64,000 nt of DNA from Dictyostelium discoideum (Eukaryota): assembly GCA_000004695.1 (NCBI GenBank), contig CM000155.2:1920001-1984000 (forward strand), written 5' to 3'. Position 1 is the first letter of the stretch; each line of letters opens with the position of its first letter. A model generated the notes under the pieces. It searched no databases, was not told the origin of the DNA, and saw only the letters and a list, made by a program, of their open reading frames with translations. The translations under genes were made by a program, and so were the position numbers. This document shows, piece after piece, positions 54,401 through 64,000 of this stretch.

Positions 54401-57400
54401 TTGAATTGTTGATGTTTCACCATTACCACTGTTGGTTAATGTAATTGATACATTTGATTTTCCGATATCACTTGGTTGTTCAAATTTATCATTGTTATTT
54501 GAATCAATCCAAACAATGGTACCGATTTCATAGAATGGTGATAAACCTAAGTTTTGATTATCTAATGGTCCTGAAACTTTGAAGCATGATTTAACAATTG
54601 ATTCATCTGAAGTTGGAGAGAATGGTGAATCTGATGATGTATTGACTGGTTTGTATTGATCATTTGGAATTGTTGCTTCAATACAATAATCACCTGGTGG
54701 AACATCTTCGAATTGATATTTACCATCTGGTCCTGATGTTGTTGATTGAATAACTTTACCATCTTTATCGACTAAATTTAATTCAATACCTTCTACACCT
54801 GGTGAATCATCAGTACGTTTACCAGTATTGAATGGATCTAACCAAACAGTATCACCAATTGGATAAAGTGGAATTAAACCAAGATTGGCATTTGTAATTG
54901 ATTTATCTACCAAATCGAAACAATATTTGACATCTGAATCGAATGGTGAGTCTTCTGATTGTACAACTTGTTTATAATGTGGTGGAATAACCATTTGTAC
55001 ACAATATGGTCCTGGTACTTGATCTTTTAATGCATAATTACCATTTTCATCTGTTACAAGATCTGCGATCTTAGTTCCATTGGGTGATGTGATAATAACT
55101 TGAACACCTGGTAATAATGGTTCATCTGATTCTTCTTTACCATTGTTATTCTTATCGATCCAAACATATTGACCAATATCGAGTGTTGATACAAAACCTG
55201 GATTGACATCAGTTCTATCGATTGGTTGTGGTCCTGTGAATGTTAAACAATATTTATCATCTACAAAGAGATTATCTGGACTGCTTGTTACTGGAATTGA
55301 ACCGATTGGAGTTGTTGCAACGATACAATAATCACCTGGTAATAAATTATCAAATTTGTAATTACCTGATTCATCGGTTGTTGTTGTATCTAATACTTTA
55401 CCATTTGAATCTTGTAATGATAATTCTACACCTGGTAAAAATTCATTATCTTCTTTATTACCATTATTATTCTTATCTAACCATGATACTGATCCGATAC
55501 TATTGAGTGGTACTAAACCGATATTGATATTTGGATTTGATTGTGTTAATTTGAAACAATATTCACCTGTTGAGTCGACAACTGAATCATCTGAAGTTAC
55601 AACAAATTGATATTTATTTGGTTCTGTTACTTTGATACAATAATCACCTGCTAATAAATGATTGAAATTATAGTTACCATCAACATCTGTTTGAATTGTT
55701 GATGTTTCACCATTACCACTGTTGGTTAATGTAATTGATACATCTGATTTTTTTATATCACTTGGTTGTTCAAAGTTATCATTGTTATTTGAATCAATCC
55801 AAACAAATGTACCGATTTCATAGAATGGAGTAACACCAATTGGTGGTTTGACATCATGATCAGTGATTGTGAAACAATATTTAACTGTGACGAAATTATC
55901 ATTTGTTGAATCGACTGAGAATGGTGAATCTGATGATGTATTGACTGGTTTGTATTGATCTTTTAGAATATCAGCTTCAACACAATAATCACCTGGTGGA
56001 ACATCTTCGAATTGATATTTACCATCTGGTCCTGATTTGGTGTTTGTAATTTCATTTCCATCTTTATCAGTTAATCTAATTGTAATGTCTGATAATGGTG
56101 GTGAATCATCAGTTTGTTTACCAGTATTGAATGGATCTAACCAAACTTTATCACCAACTTTGAATAATGGAATTAAACCAAGATTGGCATTTGTAATTGA
56201 CTCATCGATTAAATCGAAACAATATTTGACATCTGAATCGAATGGTGAGTCTTCTGATTGTGCAACTTGTTTATAATGTGGTGGAATAACCATTTGTACA
56301 CAATATGATCCTGGTACTTGATCTTTTAATGCATAATTACCATTTTCATCTGTTACAAGATCTGCGATCTTAGTTCCATTGGGTGATGTGATAATAACTT
56401 GAACACCTGGTAATAATGGTTCATCTGATTCTTCTTTACCATTGTTATTCTTATCGATCCAAACATATTGACCAATATCGAGTGTTGATACAAAACCTGG
56501 ATTGACATCATATCTATCGATTGGTTGTGGTCCTGTGAATGTTAAACAATATTTATCGTCGACAAATAGATTATCTGGACTGCTTGTTACTGGAATTGAA
56601 CCGATTGGAGTTGTTGAGACGATACAATAATCACCTGGTAATAAATTATCAAATTTGTAATTACCTGATTCATCGGTTGTTGTTGTATCTAATACTTTAC
56701 CATTTGAATCTTGTAATGATAATTCTACACCTGGTAAAAATTCATTATCTTCTTTATTACCATTATTATTCTTATCTAACCATGATACTGATCCGATACT
56801 ATTGAGTGGTACTAAACCAATATTGATATTTGGATTTGATTGTGTTAATTTGAAACAATATTCACCTGTTGAGTTGACAACTGAATCATCTGAAGTTACA
56901 ACAAATTGGTATTGATCTGGTTGTGTTACTTTGATACAATAATCACCTGCTAATAAATGATTGAAATTATAGTTACCATCAACATCTGTTTGAATTGTTG
57001 ATGTTTCACCATTACCACTGTTGGTTAATGTAATTGATACATTTGATTTTCCGATATCACTTGGTTGTTCAAATTTATCATTGTTATTTGAATCAATCCA
57101 AACAATGGTACCGATTTCATAGAATGGTGATAAACCTAAGTTTTGATTATCTAATGGTCCTGAAACTGCGAAACATGATTTAACGATTGATTCATCTGAA
57201 GTTGGAGAGAATGGTGAATCTGATGATGTATTGACTGCTCGTAAGATATCATTTGAAATTGTTGCTTCAATACAATAATCACCTGGTGGAACATCTTCAA
57301 ATTGATATTTACCATTTGGTCCTGAAGTTGTTGATTGAATAACTTTACCATCTTTATCGACTAATTGTAATTCAATACCTTCGAGACCTGGTGAATCATC

Positions 57401-60400
57401 AGTACGTTTACCAGTATTGAATGGATCTAACCAAACAGTATCACCAATTGGATAAAGTGGAACTAAACCGAGATTTGCGTTTGTAATTGATTCATCGATT
57501 AAATCGAAACAATATTTGACATCTGAATCGAATGGTGAGTCTTCTGATTGTGCAACTTGTTTATAATGTGGTGGAATAATCATTTGTATACAATATGATC
57601 CTGGTACTTGATCTTTTAATGCATAATTACCATTTTCATCTGTTACAAGATCTGCGATCTTAGTTCCATTGGGTGATGTGATAATAACTTGAACACCTGG
57701 TAATAATGGTTCATCTGATTCTTCTTTACCATTGTTATTCTTATCGATCCAAACATATTGACCAATATCGAGTGTTGATACAAAACCTGGATTGACATCA
57801 TATCTATCAATTGGTTGTGGTCCTGTGAATGTTAAACAATATTTATCATCAACAAATAGATTATCTGGACTGCTTGTTACTGGAATTGAACCGATTGGAG
57901 TTGTTGCGACGATACAATAATCACCTGGTAATAAATTATCAAATTTGTAATTACCTGATTCATCAGTTGTTGTTGTTTCTAATACTTTACCATTTGAATC
58001 TTGTAATGATAATTCTACACCTGGTAATGATTCTCCCTCACTTGCTAAACCATCATTATCTTTATCTAGCCATGCGAACGATCCGATACTATTGAGTGGT
58101 ACTAAACCAATATTGATATTTGGATTTGATTCTGTTAATTTGAAACAATATTCACCTGTTGAGTTGACAACTGAATCATCTGAAGTTACAACAAATTGGT
58201 ATTTATTTGGTTCTGTTGCTTTGATACAATAATCACCTGCTAATAAATGATTGAAATTATAGTTACCATCAACATCTGTTTGAATTGTTGATGTTTCACC
58301 ATTACCACTGTTGGTTAATGTAATTGGAACATCTGATTGTTTAATATCACTTGGTTGTTCAAACTTATCATTGTTATTTGAATCAATCCAAACAAATGTT
58401 CCGATTTCGAGGAATGGAATTAAACCAAGATTGGCATTGTTAACTGGCTCTGTAACTGTGAAACAATATCTAGATTTAATTGGTTCAATTGAAGAAGTTG
58501 GGAGTGGAAGAACTACCGAGAATGGTGAATCTGATGAGGTATTTTCTACTTGATATTTTCTTGGGACAGATGCTTCAATACAATAATCACCTGGTGGAAC
58601 ATCTTCGAATTGATATTTACCATTTGGTCCTGATGCAGTTGATTGAATTGAATTTCCGTATTTATCAATGAGTGTTAGTGGAATACCTTCTACACCTGGT
58701 GAATCATCAGTACGTTTACCAGTGTTGAATGGATCTAACCAAACAGTATCACCAAGGTTGTAAAGTGGAACTAAACCAAGATTTGCGTTTGTAATTGATT
58801 TATCTTCTAAATCGAAACAATATTTGACATCTGAATCGAATGGTGAGTCTTCTGATTGTGAAACTTGTTTATAATGATCTGGAATAATCATTTGTACACA
58901 ATATGATCCTGGTACTTGATCTTTTAATGCGTATTTACCATTTTCATCTGTTACAAGATCTGCGATCTTAGTTCCATTTGATGATGTGATAATAACTTGA
59001 ACACCTGGTAATAATGGTTCATCTGATTCTTCTTTACCATTGTTATTCTTATCGATCCAAACATATTGACCAATATCAAGTGTTGATACAAAACCTGGAT
59101 TGACATCAGTTCTATCGATTGGTTGTGGTCCTGTGAATGTTAAACAATATTTATTATTGACAAATAGATTATCTGGACTGCTTGTTACTGGAATTGAACC
59201 GATTGGAGTTGTTGCAACGATACAATAATCACCTGGTAATAAATTATCAAATTTGTAATTACCTGATTCATCGGTTGTTGTTGTATCTAATACTTTACCA
59301 TTTGAATCTTGTAATGATAATTCTACACCTGGTAAAAATTCATTGTCTTCTTTCTTACCATTATTATTCTTATCTAACCATGATACTGATCCGATACTAT
59401 TGAGAGGTACTAAACCAATATTGATATTTGGATTTGATTCTGTTAATTTGAAACAATATTCACCTGTTGAGTCGACAACTGAATCATCTGAAGTTACAAC
59501 AAATTGATATTTATTTGGTTCTGTTGCTTTGATACAATAATCACCTGCTAATAAATGATTGAAATTATAGTTACCATCGACATCTGTTTGAATTGTTGAT
59601 GTTTCACCATTACCACTGTTGGTTAATGTAATTGATACATCTGATTTTTTTATATCACTTGGTTGTTCAAACTTATCATTGTTATTTGAATCAATCCAAA
59701 CAAATGTACCGATTTCATAGAATGGAGTAACACCAATTGGTGGTTTGACATCATGATCAGTGATTGTGAAACAATATTTAACTGTGACGAAATTATCATT
59801 TGTTGAATCGACTGAGAATGGTGAATCTGATGATGTATTGACTGGTTTGTATTGATCTTTTGGAATATCAGCTTCAACACAATAATCACCTGGTGGAACA
59901 TCTTCGAATTGGTATTTACCGTCTGGTCCTGATTTAGTGTTTGAATTTTCATTTCCATCTGGTCTTGATTTGGTTTTTGTAATTTCATTTCCATCTTTAT
60001 CAGTTAATCTAATTGTAATGTCTGATAATGGTGGTGAATCATCAGTTTGTTTACCAGTATTGAATGGATCTAACCAAACTTTATCACCAACGTTGAATAA
60101 TGGAACTAAACCAAGATTGGCATTTGTAATTGATTTGTCGTCTAAATCGAAACAATATTTGATATCTGAATCGAATGGTGAGTCTTCTGATTGTGAAACT
60201 TGTTTATAATGTGGTGGACTAACCATTTGTACACAATATGATCCTGGTACTTGATCTTTTAATGTGTATTTACCATTTTCATCTGTTACAAGATTGGCAA
60301 TTGATGTTCCATTTGGTGATGTGATAATAACTTGAACACCTGGTAATAATGGTTCATCTGATTCTTCTTTACCATTGTTATTCTTATCGATCCAAACATA

Positions 60401-63400
60401 TTGACCAATATCGAGTGTTGATACAAAACCTGGATTGACATCAGTTCTATCGATTGGTTGTGGTCCTGTGAATGTTAAACAATATTTATCATCAACAAAT
60501 AGATTATCTGGACTGCTTGTTACTGGAATTGAACCGATTGGAGTTGTTACAACGATACAATAATCGCCTGGTAATAAATTATCAAATTTGTAATTACCTG
60601 ATTCATCAGTTGTTGTTGTATCTAATACTTTACCATTTGAATCTTGTAATGATAATTCTACACCTGGTAAAAATTCATTATCTTCTTTATTACCATTATT
60701 ATTCTTATCTAACCATGATACTGATCCGATACTATTGAGTGGTACTAAACCAATATTGATATTTGGATTTGATTGTGTTAATTTGAAACAATATTCACCT
60801 GTTGAGTCGACAACTGAATCATCTGAAGTTACAACAAATTGATATTTATTTGGTTCTGTTGCTTTGATACAATAATCACCTGCTAATAAATGATTGAAAT
60901 TGTATTCACCGTCAACATCTGTTTGAATTGTTGATGTTTCACCATTACCACTGTTGGTTAATGTAATTGATACATCTGATTTTCCAATATCACTTGGTTG
61001 TTCGAATCTATCATTGTTATTTGAATCAATCCAAACAATGGTACCGATTTCATAGAATGGAGTAACACCAATTGGTGGTTTGACATCATGATCAGTGATT
61101 GTGAAACAATATCTAACTGTGACGAAATTATCATTTGTTGAATCGACTGAGAATGGTGAATCTGATGATGTATTGACTGGTTTGTATTGATCTTTTGGAA
61201 TATAAGCTTCAACACAATAATCACCTGGTGGAACATCTTCGAATTGGTATTTACCATCTGGTCCTGAAGTTGTTGATTGAATAACTTTACCATCTTTATC
61301 AGTTAATCTAATTGTAATGTCTGATAATGGTGGTGAATCATCAGTTTGTTTACCAGTATTGAATGGATCTAACCAAACTTTATCACCAACTTTGAATAAC
61401 GGAACTAAACCAAGATTGGCATTTGAAATTGATTCATTGACTAAATCGAAACAATATTTGACATCTAAATCGAATGGTGAGTCTTCTGATTGTGCAACTT
61501 GTTTATAATGTGGTGGAATAATCATTTGTACACAATATGATCCTGGTACTTGATCTTTTAATGTGTATTTACCATTTTCATCTGTTACAAGATTGGCAAT
61601 TGATGTTCCATTTGGTGATGTGATAATAACTTGAACACCTGGTAATAATGGTTCATCTGGTTCTTCTTTACCATTGTTATTCTTATCGATCCAAACATAT
61701 TGACCAATATCGAGTGTTGATACAAAACCTGGATTGACATCAGTTCTATCGATTGGTTGTGGTCCTGTGAATGTTAAACAATATTTATTATTGACAAATA
61801 GATTATCTGGACTGCTTGTTACTGGAATTGAACCGATTGGAGTTGTTGTGACAATACAATAATCACCTGGTAATAAATTATCAAATTTGTAACTACCTGA
61901 TTCATCGGTTGTTGTTGTATCTAATACTTTACCATTTGAATCTTGTAATGATAATTCTACACCTGGTAAAAATTCATTGTCTTCTTTCTTACCATTATTA
62001 TTCTTATCTAACCATGATACTGATCCGATACTATTGAGTGGTACTAAACCGATATTGATATTTGGATTTGATTGTGTTAATTTGAAACAATATTCACCTG
62101 TTGAGTCGACAACTGAATCATCTGAAGTTACAACAAATTGGTATTGATCTGGTTGTGTTGCTTTGATACAATAATCACCTGCTAATAAATGATTGAAATT
62201 ATAGTTACCATCAACATCTGTTTGAATTGTTGATGTTTCACCATTACCACTGTTGGTTAATGTAATTGATACATCTGATTTTAAAACATCACTTGGTTGT
62301 TCGAATTTACCATTGTTATTTGAATCAATCCAAACCATGGTACCAATTTCATAGAATAGTGATAAACCTAAGTTTTGATTGTCTAATGGTCCTGAAACTG
62401 CGAAACATGATTTAACGATTGATTCATCTGAAGTTGGAGAGAATGGTGAATCTGATGATGTATTGACTGGTTTGTATTGATCATTTGGAATTGTTGCTTC
62501 AATACAATAATCACCTGGTGGAACATCTTCGAATTGATATTTACCATCTGGTCCTGATGTTGTTGATTGAATGACTTTGCCATCTTTATCGACTAATTGT
62601 AATTCAATACCTTCGACACCTGGTGAATCATCAGTACGTTTACCAGTATTGAATTGATCTAACCAAACAGTATCACCAATTGGATATAATGGGATTAAAC
62701 CAAGATTGGCATTTGTAATTGACTCATCGATTAAATCGAAACAATATTTGACATCTGAATCGAATGGAGATTCTTCTGATTGTGCAACTTGTTTATAATG
62801 ATCTGAAATAATCATTTGTACACAATATGATCCTGGTACTTGATCTTTTAATGCGTATTTACCATTTTCATCTGTTACAAGATCTGCGATCTTAGTTCCA
62901 TTTGATGATGTGATAATAACTTGAACACCTGGTAATAATGGTTCATCTGGTTCTTCTTTACCATTGTTATTCTTATCGATCCAAACATATTGACCAATAT
63001 CAAGTGTTGATACAAAACCTGGATTGACATCAGTTCTATCGGTTGGTAGTGGTCCTGTGAATGTTAAACAATATTTACCATCGACAAATAGATTATCTGG
63101 ACTGCTTGTTACTGGAATTGAACCGATTGGGGTTGTTGCAGAAATACAATAATCACCTGGAAGTAAATTATCAAAGTAATAGTTACCATCGGAATCTGTT
63201 GTTATTGTTTGAATAACAATACCATTTGGATCTTGTAATGATAATTCTACACCTGGTAAAAATTCATTGTCTTGTCTCTTACCATCATTATTCTTATCTA
63301 ACCATGATACTGATCCGATACTATTGAGTGGTACTAATCCAATATTGATATTTGGATTTGATTCTGTTAATTTGAAACAATATTCACCTGTTGAGTCGAC

Positions 63401-64000
63401 AACTGAATCATCTGAAGTTACAACAAATTTGTATTGATCTGGTTCTGTTACCTTGATACAATAATCACCTGCTAATAAATGATTGAAATTGTATTCACCG
63501 TCAGTATTGGAGATTGTTGAATACATTTCACCATTACCACTGTTGGTTAATGTAATTGATACATTTGATTTTCCGATATCATTTGGTTGTTCAAACTTAT
63601 CATTGTTATTTGAATCAATCCAAACAATGGTACCGATTTCATAGAATGGTGATAAACCTAAGTTTTGGTTATCTAATGGTCCTGAAACTGCGAAACATGA
63701 TTTAACAATTGAATTATCTGAAGTTGGAGAGAATGGTGAATCTGATGATGTATTAACTGATTGATAGGTATCATTTGGAATTGTTGCTTCAATACAATAA
63801 TCACCTGGTGGAACATCTTCGAATTGATATTTACCATCTGGCCCTGATGTTGTTGATTGAATAACTTTACCATCTTTATCGACTAATTGTAATTCAATAC
63901 CTTCGAGACCTGGTGAATCATCAGTACGTTTACCAGTATTGAATGGATCTAACCAAACAGTATCACCAATTGGATATAATGGAATTAAACCAAGATTGGC
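39495..64000 (-). CDS. Giant colossin-like protein, at least 8000 aa in this window. The N-terminus lies beyond coordinate 64000. Exons are >64000..43273 (repeat array) and 43162..39495 (unique C-terminal ~1220 aa). Dictyostelium colossin A is the nearest family I recall.
   Basis: The frame of the 6758-aa ORF stays open to the window edge. The M at 63526 is an internal Met. Donor G|GTAAAG at 43272 and acceptor TTTAG|GT at 43163 give split codon G|GT and splice ...PQSFIIG to DTIWIDSNNN..., which reproduces the repeat motif (PIGDTVWLD). Repeated modules carry LPGVxVxLxDxNGxxIxTTxTDxxGxYxFxxLxPGDYC, typical of Cna B-type / SdrD B-like beta-sandwich domains. Confidence 0.8.
43300..64000 (-). repeat. 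Coding tandem repeat array. There are at least 16 units of ~1290-1303 bp (about 430 aa, 5 modules each) at about 90-99% nucleotide identity, and the array continues past the window edge.
   Basis: Out-of-frame ORF copies recur with a fixed period, for example MLLELNRLELL... at 48796, 50098, 52708, 53995, 55240, 56539, 57829, 59182 and 60472. Identical 79-aa copies occur at 50841, 53448 and 56037. The protein units are near-identical (PFYEIGTIVWIDSNNNDKFEQPSDI...). Confidence 0.9.

Noticed and set aside
43250-63526. ATG at 63526 reported as the start of the 6758-aa ORF
   Set aside because: The same frame stays open with repeat-consistent protein sequence all the way to 64000. The Met is internal (GNGEMYSTISNTDGEY aligns with the module motif GNGETSTIQTDVDGNY). 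The real start lies outside the window.
46387-63873. About 45 small ORFs of 60-115 aa on both strands inside the 43-64 kb region, for example MVFVISFPSLSVNL..., MLLELNRLELL... and MVKLFNQQLQDQ...
   Set aside because: They are alternative-frame or antisense read-throughs of the colossin repeat array. They recur with the repeat period and have biased, low-complexity composition. I used them only as markers of repeat periodicity.
43300-64000. The regular repeat array considered as a possible CRISPR-like or satellite locus
   Set aside because: The units are 1.3 kb and lie in frame in one continuous coding frame. This is a eukaryotic genome, so this is not a CRISPR array. It is coding, not satellite DNA.

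Overview
This 64-kb window looks like Dictyostelium-type (social amoeba) nuclear DNA. It is about 75-80% A+T, has long poly(dA)/(dT) intergenic tracts and short AT-rich GTAAGT...AG introns, and uses AAT/CAA triplet repeats to encode poly-Asn/poly-Gln. It is a gene-dense euchromatic stretch. By similarity to well-known eukaryotic families I recognise, in order: the 3' end of a calponin-homology (CH) protein, phosphomevalonate kinase, an F-box-like poly-N protein, tRNA-Gly(GCC), a decayed tandem paralog (pseudogene) next to its intact 1078-aa parent gene, a Mad3/BubR1/Bub1-family checkpoint gene, ATP12/ATPAF2, CCDC93, TRAPPC8, a small K/N-rich ORF, initiator tRNA-Met, DUS3, a COMM-domain protein, TRAPPC2/sedlin, EXOSC8/Rrp43 and an NPF-repeat poly-Q/N protein. 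The last 24.5 kb (39495..64000, minus strand) is one giant gene whose 5' end runs off the window. It is a colossin-like protein built from at least 16 nearly identical ~1.3-kb tandem coding repeats, each encoding about 5 Cna-B/SdrD-B-like beta-sandwich modules, followed by an intron and a unique ~1220-aa C-terminal exon. The most interesting signals are the colossin repeat array with its higher-order (~6.5 kb) repeat structure, the MadBub gene with a KEN-ABBA-KEN-ABBA cassette and a kinase domain lacking catalytic residues, the tRNA-associated external B boxes and tRNA fragments, a nested inverted repeat, and a GC-richer ORF-free island. All exon boundaries were derived by eye from splice motifs and reading-frame continuity and are approximate.
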